A stretch of DNA of 64,000 nt from a virus, in the IMG/VR virus record IMGVR_UViG_3300021356_000007, positions 1 through 64,000 of that record. One strand, given 5' to 3'. The notes beneath the pieces are model-generated. The model worked only from the letters and a program-made list of their open reading frames with translations, searched no databases and was not told where the DNA came from. Positions 1 through 9,620 of this stretch are shown one piece after another. The translations under genes were made by a program, and so were the position numbers. Position 1 is the stretch's first letter. Every line of letters starts with the position of its first letter.

Positions 1-1
1 T

Positions 2-1009
2 ACTTGCATCTTCAATCCAGTAAGATGGTACTATCTTTATTGATTCCTTGTGCAAACTAGATTCAAGTCCGTCATTACTTTGGTTTACTGATAATATGTC
101 ACCTGCTTTTAGTTCCACATCATTTACAGCAGACAAATTCATACTCCAACGAGCCGTACCTCCAAAAGGCACTGACGCATCATCTGATATTTTAGTCACA
201 AAGCCCACAAATTCATTTCTTTGGTTGAAACATTTGGGGGTTACCTTAACCTTTTGGTTGGCGATTATTGCATTAGTTAACGCATTTTCAAATGTAATAC
301 TCGTGCTAGTAGTAGCACTCACTATCCCCATGAAAACTCCACTAGAATCCACCACTCTGTCACCTATATTCAGAAGAGCATCAGCACCAAAACCTAGTAA
401 AGAAGACAAACTGAGTGGAGAGCCATTTATTGATAGAGTGGTTTCTACTGTAAATGCACCTGTAGCACCGACACTATGCGCACCTGTAAATTTTAAATTG
501 GTATCTATCAAAGGACTTAATTGTGTAGAGCCTGTCCAAAATTTAGGTCGGTTGTAGAGTCCTGAAAGATATTGTCCGTCAGGAACTATATCTGTCAGTT
601 CGGTAGTGGTCTTTTTATCGAACCTTTTAGTTAATGTAAACTTAGGGAAGTCTCTTGTCTTTACATTAATCAAAGTCCCTACTTGACTTTTTTCTTTGTT
701 CAGTTGACTTGTTGCTTTGAATTCAGAAAATGGCGTTGAAGGTAACATGCTACCAAAGTTTAGCAGGGTCCTCATAGGAGTCGTACCGCTTACAGTTTGT
801 GCGTTCAGTCCCTCGTCTCCGTCTATGATACCATGAATATCAATGTTGATTCTTGGAGTGTTGGTGTCGATAGCAAAACGCTTGAGAATATTATTAGGTG
901 TAGGAAAACTACTGATGTTTCTTTCTATGTTGATGTCAATGGTATTTGCTACCAAATCCATCTGTATATCGTTTTGAGGACCAGCGAGTAATCTTATCGG
1001 TACAGCCAT
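2..1009 (-). CDS. Tail tip/baseplate-region protein, partial (runs off window); N-terminus paralogous to 1019..3559
   Basis: Not in ORF track. ATG at 1009 preceded by GAGGTGA; translates MAVPIRLLAGPQNDIQMDLVANTIDINIERNISSFPTPNNILKRFAIDTN..., matching MPIRLVQENGDTISLDATQVDIVVERVQSNFGIP of the neighbouring gene; only the N-terminal part was translated by hand. Confidence 0.7.
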   Translation of the reverse strand, partial: MAVPIRLLAGPQNDIQMDLVANTIDINIERNISSFPTPNNILKRFAIDTNTPRINIDIHGIIDGDEGLNAQTVSGTTPMRTLLNFGSMLPSTPFSEFKATSQLNKEKSQVGTLINVKTRDFPKFTLTKRFDKKTTTELTDIVPDGQYLSGLYNRPKFWTGSTQLSPLIDTNLKFTGAHSVGATGAFTVETTLSINGSPLSLSSLLGFGADALLNIGDRVVDSSGVFMGIVSATTSTSITFENALTNAIIANQKVKVTPKCFNQRNEFVGFVTKISDDASVPFGGTARWSMNLSAVNDVELKAGDILSVNQSNDGLESSLHKESIKIVPSYWIEDAS

Positions 1010-1018
1010 CTTTTCACC

Positions 1019-3559
1019 TCACAATATAATATCCGCTGCATTGAATAGCAATGCAAATTCGTAAGCCTTTTCTTCTGCACTTCTGCTTACATTGAAGTTA
1101 CTGACTAAACCACTGATGCCGTTCTTTAGATGTCCTTCTTGGCTATTAGCGAAAGTCCTAGAAGCATGAACCGTGTTTATACTGGATAACTTTTCGCTCG
1201 TATTACCTTCTGTAGTAACGAAGAAATTACGCTGCGCTATATGTGAATCTAATACATTTTTACCCTTGGTGACTTCTGTAAGGTAAGGTATCTGTATACC
1301 TCTGATAAAGTCATCAGTGTATTCTTTGGGTATGACTTGGTTCTGAAGGAACTCTACACCCATTCTCAATATCTTACTAGCACCATTGAAGTCAGGGTTA
1401 GTAGCGAAATTGTTACTGTTAGCAAGAATACCTATCATATCCTGAACTTTGTCACCACCACTCTTGACTCGCTTACCACTTCTGCCACCTGAGAAACCTT
1501 GAGTAACAGGCATCTGACCTACGCCTAGAGTGGTGTTGATACTATCTGACAGAGAGCCCAAGGAAGAAGCGTATTGCTGCGTTATAGTGAGTCTACAGTT
1601 ATGGGCGTGAGCAGACTCGCTGATAACAGTGGAGAACGCTTTGTCTATCGTTTTATTACCTGAAGAATTAACTGCTTTACCTAAATCAAGATAAGAAGAT
1701 GTCAATGCTTTAGACAAAAGATAGGTGATATACTCATCAGTCCTAGTGAAACTACTACCGTCTCTAGCAGAACCGTCTTCGTGATTAGGAAATTCAGGAC
1801 CGACTGCCTTCTCAGGGTCAGCGTTTTCGTCAAATGTATCTGCGTTCTTGATAGGTAATACTATGACGGGACTTCCATATCCACTTGATAGACTACCATC
1901 ACCATAACTAATACGATGCATTGCTATGACACTTCCTACAGTATCGGAGATTGTAACTCCTGTGTCTCTTCTAATAGTAATACTGTTACTCGTTACAGCG
2001 GTCACTGTACCAATATGCGGTCTGAATTGACTGTCTATTAGGTAATGCTCGTTTTTAGCAAAAAGCACTTCGAAATTTCTGTTTGACTCTGTAAGTTCAA
2101 ACCACTGCCTAGGGTCACCGTTCAAAGTAAGAGTATTACCTGATACCGATGTTACTTCCAAAGATGTAGACCTAATTTGATTTAAAAATCCATAAGGCTC
2201 TTGTTTACTACCTACCATCTCTTTGTCAAATACTATTCTAACATGTTTAGAATTGTATGAATAATTTCTAAAGTGAGGGTGACTTGAATCACTTAATGAT
2301 ATATCATATTTGTAAGATAGGTAGCCTTCGACCTCTTGTCTTTCAGAAACGCTGAGAGCCCTGTTGTAAACTATGATTTCGTATATGCCACCTTGGAAAT
2401 AATCGCTACCCATCTCGCCTATTTTAAAACTAGCAGAAGTATTTGGCTGGTAATCCACCCCACTGTTTTGAGATGTTTCTACTCCGCCGTTCAGGTACAA
2501 TTCGACTTCGTCAGATTCTGAATCTGAATTAGTGTCCTTCATAACATAAGATGTTAAGAAAGCGTTTGTATTCTTTACAGTGCCGTTGCCACTACCCAAA
2601 TCATCAGTGGTACTGCCTTCTTGCCAGTAAGCAGAAGATTCAAAATTAGTACTCACATCTTTGTATCTGAGCGCATATCCTTTAGCATTCGAGCCTCCAG
2701 TAGTCCCTTCTATAGAACTAAACACTGGTTGGTCGCCAGCAGTTGCATCAGTCTTTGCTACAGCGAACACTGTGAATTCTTCTGAATTAAAGAACGCAGA
2801 ATAGGCTATCTCCATAAAGTCATTAGACCCGTCAAACTGGACATAAGGTTTACCATTTATTCCGTTAGTACGGTATTTGGGTTGCTTGGTAGCATCCAAT
2901 TGCTGAGCCAATCCACCATTACCGCTGCTATCATTCCATGTAGGTAAAACACTACCGTCTGTATTTGTGATTGCATCTGCTTTGAGCCACAGTTGCATAC
3001 CTGAACTGACAGGGACTGTTAACGCCCCACTCTCTTCTATCCAATATGCTACAGGGAAATCAATGTACTTCAAGTTCCAATACTTGAGAATACGATTACC
3101 TAAGTCATTGAGGTCTGTCACCCCGCCTCCTAGAGAGCCACCTATACCGCCTGAGAATGACCCACTGTTAGCGATAGTACCTGTCAATCCTGTGGTCGCA
3201 CCTACTCCGCCTGAAGAGCCTCTTGAGTTGAAGCCTGACGAAATCGGACCACTGGGGTTACCTCCGCTACCTCCAACTGGCTGACCCCATGTAACAATCT
3301 GTTGAGGCTGATAGAAGTCGAGAATAGCAGTAGCCTGTGAAGATTCTTCTTGACCTAGGTCATCAGCAAATACACCCTGTACTTCTACGGTAACAGCAGA
3401 CTGGTTGACATCTATACCCATACGCTTTGCATCCATCAAAGGAATACCAAAGTTAGATTGGACTCTTTCTACTACAATATCAACTTGCGTAGCATCGAGA
3501 GAGATAGTATCACCGTTCTCTTGAACAAGGCGAATAGGCATTCTCTCTCCTTCATCCAT
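1019..3559 (-). CDS. Tail protein with inserted LamG/concanavalin-A-like domain
   Basis: LamG-type motifs QLWLKAD...WNDSSGNG...PYVQFDGSND...FTVFAV...FQGGIYEIIVYNRALS; position downstream of tail tube/chaperone genes. Confidence 0.75.
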   Translation of the reverse strand: MDEGERMPIRLVQENGDTISLDATQVDIVVERVQSNFGIPLMDAKRMGIDVNQSAVTVEVQGVFADDLGQEESSQATAILDFYQPQQIVTWGQPVGGSGGNPSGPISSGFNSRGSSGGVGATTGLTGTIANSGSFSGGIGGSLGGGVTDLNDLGNRILKYWNLKYIDFPVAYWIEESGALTVPVSSGMQLWLKADAITNTDGSVLPTWNDSSGNGGLAQQLDATKQPKYRTNGINGKPYVQFDGSNDFMEIAYSAFFNSEEFTVFAVAKTDATAGDQPVFSSIEGTTGGSNAKGYALRYKDVSTNFESSAYWQEGSTTDDLGSGNGTVKNTNAFLTSYVMKDTNSDSESDEVELYLNGGVETSQNSGVDYQPNTSASFKIGEMGSDYFQGGIYEIIVYNRALSVSERQEVEGYLSYKYDISLSDSSHPHFRNYSYNSKHVRIVFDKEMVGSKQEPYGFLNQIRSTSLEVTSVSGNTLTLNGDPRQWFELTESNRNFEVLFAKNEHYLIDSQFRPHIGTVTAVTSNSITIRRDTGVTISDTVGSVIAMHRISYGDGSLSSGYGSPVIVLPIKNADTFDENADPEKAVGPEFPNHEDGSARDGSSFTRTDEYITYLLSKALTSSYLDLGKAVNSSGNKTIDKAFSTVISESAHAHNCRLTITQQYASSLGSLSDSINTTLGVGQMPVTQGFSGGRSGKRVKSGGDKVQDMIGILANSNNFATNPDFNGASKILRMGVEFLQNQVIPKEYTDDFIRGIQIPYLTEVTKGKNVLDSHIAQRNFFVTTEGNTSEKLSSINTVHASRTFANSQEGHLKNGISGLVSNFNVSRSAEEKAYEFALLFNAADIIL

Positions 3560-3561
3560 AC

Positions 3562-3978
3562 TTAGCCACTCCTGTTAAAGCCGCTTTGGGTGAAAGACCC
3601 ACCTATCTTACTTCTCAGTTCTTTAGTAACCATAGTGCTGATTTCTTTAGCGAGTTTCTGCTTGTCTGTTTTGTCAGTTACTCCGCTGACATCTATCTTG
3701 AGATTGACTGTGACATTGTTAGTCTGCCCTCCGCCCCCTCCAGCCAGTTGTCCTTGCTGCACAGGGCTCTCCATCATTTGTTGGAAAGGTTGTGACTTCT
3801 CCATGTTCTTCAAAGAAGCGGTCAAGTCAGTACTGTTGACCTTAGTCATCTCCATAGATTTGCTGAACTTGTCCATCTGCATCTGCAAAGACTTCATGTT
3901 CTCGCCCGCCTCCTTTGCATATTTCTTGAATTTATCCATCGCTTCAACCGAGCGTGGGTCGATTTCGCCGTCAATCAT
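3562..3978 (-). CDS. Miniature tape-measure-like protein (138 aa)
   Basis: Syntenic position after tail chaperones; helical N-half; C-terminal GGG-NNVTVNLKIDVSG...LAKEI...LR segment typical of tape-measure C-termini. Confidence 0.5.
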   Translation of the reverse strand: MIDGEIDPRSVEAMDKFKKYAKEAGENMKSLQMQMDKFSKSMEMTKVNSTDLTASLKNMEKSQPFQQMMESPVQQGQLAGGGGGQTNNVTVNLKIDVSGVTDKTDKQKLAKEISTMVTKELRSKIGGSFTQSGFNRSG

Positions 3979-4247
3979 AGTGAGCCCTCCAATGGCGGGA
4001 CATTGTCATACCCCAAATAAATTGCATCCCTAGGTATCTCTTCTTCTACTTGCATAGCCTGAGCCCAGTAGAGAAGTTGTTTGCCGTCTTCTATTGTCAG
4101 ATTCCTCACCTCTTGTAGATTCATATTGTAGTGCGTCATTAGAAGGTATTCCATCCCTTCTCGTTGGTAGCGAAGTCGGTCTTTGGTAGACCTGTTGTTG
4201 AGGTAGCGTCTGATGTCGCCGACTTCGCCTCCCGAAAAACTAGCCAT
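3975..4247 (-). CDS. Tail assembly chaperone, -1 frame (gpT-like) segment
   Basis: Overlaps 4139..4501 in the -1 frame across GTTTTT at 4235-4240; LLMTHYNMNLQEVRNLTIED resembles gpT-type motifs. Confidence 0.55.
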   Translation of the reverse strand: MASFSGGEVGDIRRYLNNRSTKDRLRYQREGMEYLLMTHYNMNLQEVRNLTIEDGKQLLYWAQAMQVEEEIPRDAIYLGYDNVPPLEGSL

Positions 4248-4501
4248 TCCATAACCTGCGAAGGCTCAGGAAGTAGTTCAGCGAGGCTCTGTCCTTCTTC
4301 AGGCGACAGTGATTCGAAGTCTATAGAAGGTGTGCAGTCGAGCCAGTTGTAGAATGCGTAACGCCAGTAGTTAGAGAAATCCAAAGTGCTGTTAGCGAAC
4401 AGCGGTGCGATTGCTTGAACATCAAAAAATGTCAACCGTTTGGCTGAGACTTGGACAGGTGTTCCGTTTATCTTTATTTTATTCTTCTTCTCCTCCGACA
4501 T
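4139..4501 (-). CDS. Tail assembly chaperone (gpG-like)
   Basis: Position between tail tube and tape-measure-like gene; GGAGGTG-like SD spacing and overlap with upstream small ORF. Confidence 0.55.
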   Translation of the reverse strand: MSEEKKNKIKINGTPVQVSAKRLTFFDVQAIAPLFANSTLDFSNYWRYAFYNWLDCTPSIDFESLSPEEGQSLAELLPEPSQVMEWLVFREAKSATSDATSTTGLPKTDFATNEKGWNTF

Positions 4502-4718
4502 ACTTACTCACGCTCTCGTTTGAATCTGCTGAATCATCAGGAGATTCCGCCACCTTTAGGTGAGCGAATGGGTCATCACTGGCTCTACCTGCTTCGGGGT
4601 CGAAGAGGTACTCTCCGCCCTCTTCTTCTTCATCATTGACTATAACTTCGCCATCGAATGGCTGGTATGGGTTGAGGGATTTGATAAATCTTAACGGCAT
4701 AAGTCTCCCCTCTAACAA
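4479..4718 (-). CDS. Small acidic hypothetical protein (start probably ATG ~4700, MPLRF)
   Basis: ORF fills the gap between tail tube and chaperone genes; GAGGGGAG upstream of the internal ATG. Confidence 0.5.
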   Translation of the reverse strand: MLEGRLMPLRFIKSLNPYQPFDGEVIVNDEEEEGGEYLFDPEAGRASDDPFAHLKVAESPDDSADSNESVSKYVGGEEE

Positions 4719-6790
4719 TGGTAATCGGCATCAATACTTATCACTTTCACATTCTGAGGCTTTAGTTTCATAGTTGTGAACAGAAGACCTTTGTCGTCAG
4801 GCATAGGTATTGGTAGTTCTGTAATAAAATAATCATCAATTATAACTCTTAGACTGGGAGTAGCCCCGCTGTCACCACTGACGACAGGCTTGGTAAAGTG
4901 AAGCATGATAGTTCCTCCTGTAGAACCAACTGTACCTCCACGCTCTACATGGCTTCTCAGTTCGTGGAATAGGGTAGCATCCTCTAATGCTATAGTCATC
5001 TCCATCTCAAACTCTTCTCTTCCCTCTCTGATAATTGAAGCATTACGAGTACCGCCGTATGGAACTTGCTTGAGGCTGAGATTATTAGCGTTGACTGACT
5101 CAGGTAAGGGGTTACTCTGTATGGTGTGGAACAATTCAACACCAGTTTTCCCTCTGAGTTCGAAAGAACTGACAAAGCCTAAGTTTTGGTCGAAAGCAGA
5201 AATTTCTCCATTGTAATACATGAAAGGTTTCTCAGCACCCTCTGCTATGCCACTGACCTTTCTACCACGCTTTGTGTCGGCTGTATTTTGGAACATACGA
5301 TGAGCAGTATAACGGTCACCTGCATTGCTTGATTCGAGCCTACCCGTATCTGTGTAGCAGGCAAGTGCGTTGAAGATGCACCTGTATTTGACTTCAGCAT
5401 CTACAGTAGAAGACATCTCCCACTCAAGCACCTTACATCCTTTGAATATTCTAGTCAACTGCTTACTGTCATTCGCAGAGCCCGGTGCTACAGTAGATTC
5501 GCCCGTAGCGTTGAAAGAACCTACATCTCTTGTCCTTATACTGTGTTCCATGCTAAAACTCGGTATAGTTTCAGCAGAGAATAGAAGCCTCTTGACATGG
5601 TTGTTGATTGTTCTAGTTGTGTTGATGTCAGGACTACCGTCAGTACTAGCATCATTGTAGTGTCTCAATTCGAGAGTATCGGAAGTGGTGTGAGGGAATT
5701 GCCAGTTATCGTCTATGTATAATCTGAATACATATCTTAATGTTCCTGCGCCTAAATCCTTGATGTACTCTATCGCAGAGATACGGCGACACTCACTAGA
5801 TTCAGCCCACTCAAAGTGAACGGTATCGCTGACAGACGGGAAGTATTTGTCAGTGTTCAGTTCAGGAGTTTTGTATGTTGTAGTAGGGACTCTTGTCGTA
5901 TCTTTCAATAACAGGTAATCTCCTACCGCAGCGTTAGTGCTAGAGCCAAATCTGACACCAGCACTCTCGCTACTGGCTACATCAATGTAACCTTGCCCCG
6001 GCTCTATGTCAGCATGTATTGTCGGTACAGGACTCGTAGCGTGTCCTCTATCTCCGCAGTTGTCTTTACTAACTACTTCTCTACCTAGGCTGTAATATAG
6101 CCACTTAGCACTGTGCATAGGCATCTCAAGAGAGCCACCTACATGATGTACTTTTCCTGTTTGTTGAACTGCAACCTGCCTACCTAGTCCTACTACATGG
6201 TAACTGTGCAGGTCAACTTTGGTATCAGGTAAAGTCATGAAACTCGCTAGTCCTACAAACTGGTCGATGAGGCTAACTTCTTTTGATGAACTAGCCGCTG
6301 TACTCATAGCGAAATTAGTGTCTCCTTGTATGGTAGGTAAGCCCGTAGAGTGTAACATAATGCTATCACCTGTACCGCTGTCAAGTGATGTTGTAGTAGA
6401 AAATGCAGGCACTATCTTGATTTGTGTCGATACATCCCCATCCGTGTTAGCCTCAAGTGTGTGGTCTATTATGGTGTACAGTCTACTTTTCAGTGTGCTA
6501 TTATAGAAATTGCTGAAGTTATTATTCCCTGTAGAAATAGAATGAAAACTCAATTTCTGCCCTATCAGCATACCGAGTGGAACTTTCAGTATAGGTTTAG
6601 TTTGCTCGAAGATACTACTGTTAGTGGCTGCGGTAGTGCCTCTGAACTCTATTGTAGTATACTCACGAGTTGAGTCAGTGGTCTTCGCTGTCCATGTCCT
6701 CGGCTGGTCGTGTTCAATAACTACGCTAGTTTCGTGCCCCATAGAAATCTCTGAGACATCACCCTTGTAATGTGCCCCAAAGCCACTCAT
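4712..6790 (-). CDS. Major tail tube protein, probably two tube subdomains plus inserted accessory domains
   Basis: Tube-type motifs LPDTKVD...VGLGRQ...GGSLEM...WLYYSLG, ETIPSFSMEH...RIFKGCKV..WEMS, PFMYYNG...VSSFEL...IREGREEFEMEMT; directly follows terminator-like gene. Confidence 0.7.
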   Translation of the reverse strand: MSGFGAHYKGDVSEISMGHETSVVIEHDQPRTWTAKTTDSTREYTTIEFRGTTAATNSSIFEQTKPILKVPLGMLIGQKLSFHSISTGNNNFSNFYNSTLKSRLYTIIDHTLEANTDGDVSTQIKIVPAFSTTTSLDSGTGDSIMLHSTGLPTIQGDTNFAMSTAASSSKEVSLIDQFVGLASFMTLPDTKVDLHSYHVVGLGRQVAVQQTGKVHHVGGSLEMPMHSAKWLYYSLGREVVSKDNCGDRGHATSPVPTIHADIEPGQGYIDVASSESAGVRFGSSTNAAVGDYLLLKDTTRVPTTTYKTPELNTDKYFPSVSDTVHFEWAESSECRRISAIEYIKDLGAGTLRYVFRLYIDDNWQFPHTTSDTLELRHYNDASTDGSPDINTTRTINNHVKRLLFSAETIPSFSMEHSIRTRDVGSFNATGESTVAPGSANDSKQLTRIFKGCKVLEWEMSSTVDAEVKYRCIFNALACYTDTGRLESSNAGDRYTAHRMFQNTADTKRGRKVSGIAEGAEKPFMYYNGEISAFDQNLGFVSSFELRGKTGVELFHTIQSNPLPESVNANNLSLKQVPYGGTRNASIIREGREEFEMEMTIALEDATLFHELRSHVERGGTVGSTGGTIMLHFTKPVVSGDSGATPSLRVIIDDYFITELPIPMPDDKGLLFTTMKLKPQNVKVISIDADYHC

Positions 6791-7260
6791 GGTATCGCCT
6801 CCGCAAGGATAACTACTTCCACTTGAAATGTATGTCTGAACAGTTTCTTTGTACGGTCGCTGAGGTCTGTTCTTACTTTGAGAATCATACGGTCAAAGTT
6901 TTCTCCGTCACCCTTGCGATTGACATGTATGATTCTACGCATCTCATTTTCCATCTTACGCAATCTGCTTCTGCTTCTCGTGGTACGCATATCTACTGTG
7001 ATGTTCACACGAGTAGTAACGAAATTGTATAGCAAATCAGGTACTTCTTCGTTAAGTGCCGTCTCGTAGCAGAGGATGTAATCATGACGCTGTAAATCAA
7101 GCCTCTTGCCACGCTCAGGACCGTCTGACGCTATGTCTAGTATGACTGGCTTCACATTGTCTGTATTGGCTCTGTTCCAACCTTTCTTAGTAACAGAATC
7201 ATGGTCGGCTTTGAGAATGTCAATGACAGCGTCAAGAGGCTCTTTCCATGTTGCTGTCAT
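6787..7260 (-). CDS. Tail terminator/neck protein
   Basis: 157 aa, position upstream of tail tube, beta-rich pattern RVNITVDMRT...FRHTFQVEV. Confidence 0.55.
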   Translation of the reverse strand: MTATWKEPLDAVIDILKADHDSVTKKGWNRANTDNVKPVILDIASDGPERGKRLDLQRHDYILCYETALNEEVPDLLYNFVTTRVNITVDMRTTRSRSRLRKMENEMRRIIHVNRKGDGENFDRMILKVRTDLSDRTKKLFRHTFQVEVVILAEAIP

Positions 7261-8828
7261 GAGAACACCACCACTTCCTTGTATCGAGCGATAATATCTA
7301 AAGCCTCTCTACGCCACAATTGGGCTTTCGAACCCAAGTCTATGTTCTGCGTACCTTCAGGTATCAGTACACTGCGGTCATCAGCCATTAGCAATTCGCT
7401 TGCTACAAGTTTAGTGGCAGCCTCCTCTATTGCTTTTTCAAGATACCTTTCACCGTAGATGTAAGCCACCTTGATTGCGTTCCATTCAAAGAATGGATAA
7501 GAGTTGTTGAAGTAAATAATTCCCATCTCGTGGTCGAGCCACCAGTCTCTCAGACGAGCGTTGTCGCCACTGGCACTGCCGCCCTGTAAATCAGTGACGA
7601 AGGAATTTTGTGTGATTGTACCACTAGAAGGGAGACTACCTCCGCTAACTACGGTGCAAGTTATGAATTTAGTATCAGTTTTACTTTGATACCTGAACAC
7701 CTTTGTACCGTCAGTAGCAACGCCTGATTTAGTAAAGTTGGCAGTGGAACTAACACTGATGTCGTCAGTATCAACTATACCTACTACTGTCGTACTTGCT
7801 TGCGTGGTTTGGTCGATATTAATGTCAGCACTGTCAGTGACTATAGAGCATTCCTCTCCAGCCTTGACAGCCCTCATAGAAGTCAACTTTACAACACCAG
7901 TTCCATAGTCAGAGTTGGCTGAAGCCAAGAACTCATTATGCACTGCTACATTTGATGTAGAGCCTTCAAGCGTAAATGTAGGACTGAACTCTACTGCCGA
8001 CTTAGAAACCCTGTCCTCTTTGTTAATAAGGTCAGCAAAGTTTTGGGCTGTAGAATTAGCATCAATTTCTCCACGCCAGTTGCTACTACCGCTACCGACA
8101 GATAAACTAGCCACGCTACCATTACCCAAGCCGAGGTAAATGCTCTTACCACTGAGCGATGAAACATCTGAAAATTTGATTCTTGCTTCTGCACTTCCGA
8201 TTTCACGATAGTCGTCTCCTTGCCAAAGTTCAATCCGCAATATTTGTTGTACATTGCGGAATAGGAGAGGGGCAGTACCCACATAATCTGTGTAGTATCT
8301 GCGCCTGTATGGTTTGTAGGTATCGAAGTTGATGTACTCTGCGGAGACCAAATAAGGTCTCCAAGCGTTGTGAGTCATGTTGTCAATCCTATCTTGTATT
8401 CTTCTGATGTGGTCGTTAACGATATTCTTTGTCACGCCACGACTTTTACCGTTGGTAAAGATAGTTAGATTCTGAATTTCTGTGTTGGCTGCCGTAGTAT
8501 AATTAGCAGGCGTTGATACAGTCGTAGGGAGTTTGACATACTTAGTACCACTCACATCTTCTACAGAAGGTGCTGTGATTGTGAACTCAGTGCCTAGCGG
8601 GTCAAGGTCACTGTAAACAAGTATCTTGTCACCGCTTTCAAAGCCGTGTTCTCTAAGGTCTGTCCCTGTGATATAGAATCCAGTTGATGCAGCGTTTGCT
8701 GCACCTAGTACAGGCTCACCTGCTGCTATACCTAGAAGTTGTGCTACTTTGTCACCTGTAGTGTAAACAATAGCATCAGGGTCGAGTGGCCTCGTTTCAG
8801 GCTCACCGGGACTGAAAACTACTGGCAT
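7257..8828 (-). CDS. Head-tail adaptor (SPP1 gp15/HK97 gp6-like) with inserted beta domains
   Basis: YTTGDKVAQLLG N-terminus, IRRIQDRIDNMTHNAW helix, and IKVAYIYG...AIEEAATKLVASELL...AQLWRREALDIIARYK C-terminus typical of adaptors. Confidence 0.7.
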   Translation of the reverse strand: MPVVFSPGEPETRPLDPDAIVYTTGDKVAQLLGIAAGEPVLGAANAASTGFYITGTDLREHGFESGDKILVYSDLDPLGTEFTITAPSVEDVSGTKYVKLPTTVSTPANYTTAANTEIQNLTIFTNGKSRGVTKNIVNDHIRRIQDRIDNMTHNAWRPYLVSAEYINFDTYKPYRRRYYTDYVGTAPLLFRNVQQILRIELWQGDDYREIGSAEARIKFSDVSSLSGKSIYLGLGNGSVASLSVGSGSSNWRGEIDANSTAQNFADLINKEDRVSKSAVEFSPTFTLEGSTSNVAVHNEFLASANSDYGTGVVKLTSMRAVKAGEECSIVTDSADINIDQTTQASTTVVGIVDTDDISVSSTANFTKSGVATDGTKVFRYQSKTDTKFITCTVVSGGSLPSSGTITQNSFVTDLQGGSASGDNARLRDWWLDHEMGIIYFNNSYPFFEWNAIKVAYIYGERYLEKAIEEAATKLVASELLMADDRSVLIPEGTQNIDLGSKAQLWRREALDIIARYKEVVVFS

Positions 8829-8834
8829 ACAACA

Positions 8835-9116
8835 TCACTCTTTCTTTCCTAGATTAAAGTCCATCTGTTTTCCACATGTCCTACATTTGTCAACCCAGCA
8901 GAAGTAAAGCATTCCACAATGCTTACACCTCGTACCTGAGCCGATGTTGAGTACATCACCTGCATTCTTATTACGGTTACGCTGCTTGAGAGTCACCCCA
9001 GCGAGGGGGTTATCATCGTCAGTTCTGACAGATGCACCGTAGGATTCGTTGAGGCGAATACCACGCTTCTGTAGGCGAGCGATGTCGTCAAGACCTAGAC
9101 TTCCATATGACTTCAT
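8835..9116 (-). CDS. Zinc-ribbon protein
   Basis: CKHCG...CRTCG; GAGGTGG SD. Confidence 0.65.
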   Translation of the reverse strand: MKSYGSLGLDDIARLQKRGIRLNESYGASVRTDDDNPLAGVTLKQRNRNKNAGDVLNIGSGTRCKHCGMLYFCWVDKCRTCGKQMDFNLGKKE

Positions 9117-9125
9117 ATAACCACC

Positions 9126-9299
9126 TCAACTGGTAGTTACTATGAAGTATATATTCCCAAGTATCAAGTGAGGGTCAGCAGACACACAAGTGTTGCTTCC
9201 TATTGCCGTACTGATTGCCGTCTCTATAGCAGTTTTAGCCGTAGAGTCTTGGAAATCCGCAGGAGGAAAAGGTCCTACAATGCTCACAGACTTAGCCAT
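9126..9299 (-). CDS. 57-aa hypothetical virion protein (below ORF-track cutoff)
   Basis: GAGGTGA SD, ATG 9299, MAKSVSIVGPFPPADFQ...IYFIVTTS-stop, fills operon gap. Confidence 0.6.
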   Translation of the reverse strand: MAKSVSIVGPFPPADFQDSTAKTAIETAISTAIGSNTCVSADPHLILGNIYFIVTTS

Positions 9300-9308
9300 T
9301 TAATCACC

Positions 9309-9620
9309 TCATCGGCGACCAATAGCAAAGAAAGTTCCACCAGCAGTGGCTTGTGCGCCTCCGGGTGTGTTGACTGTGATTGTCGTTCCACTTACAGTAG
9401 CGAATTCACCAAAGATAAACGGTGCTGCATCGCTTCCATCTGCCGCACCACCTGTTTCAAGGTTCTGTGGGGCTAATCCTGCTGCTGGGGTTACTACTGC
9501 CATGTCTATTGATGTCAACAAATCACCAAGCGCAATGCTGGTATCTGATGCTGCATATGTTCCTGTTATTACAATTCTGTCTCCAAAGTAAGTTGGTCTT
9601 GGGTCTATTGCTACTGCCAT
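9309..9620 (-). CDS. Putative capsid decoration/minor structural protein
   Basis: Small Ala/Gly/Thr-rich beta protein in operon after MCP. Confidence 0.55.
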   Translation of the reverse strand: MAVAIDPRPTYFGDRIVITGTYAASDTSIALGDLLTSIDMAVVTPAAGLAPQNLETGGAADGSDAAPFIFGEFATVSGTTITVNTPGGAQATAGGTFFAIGRR

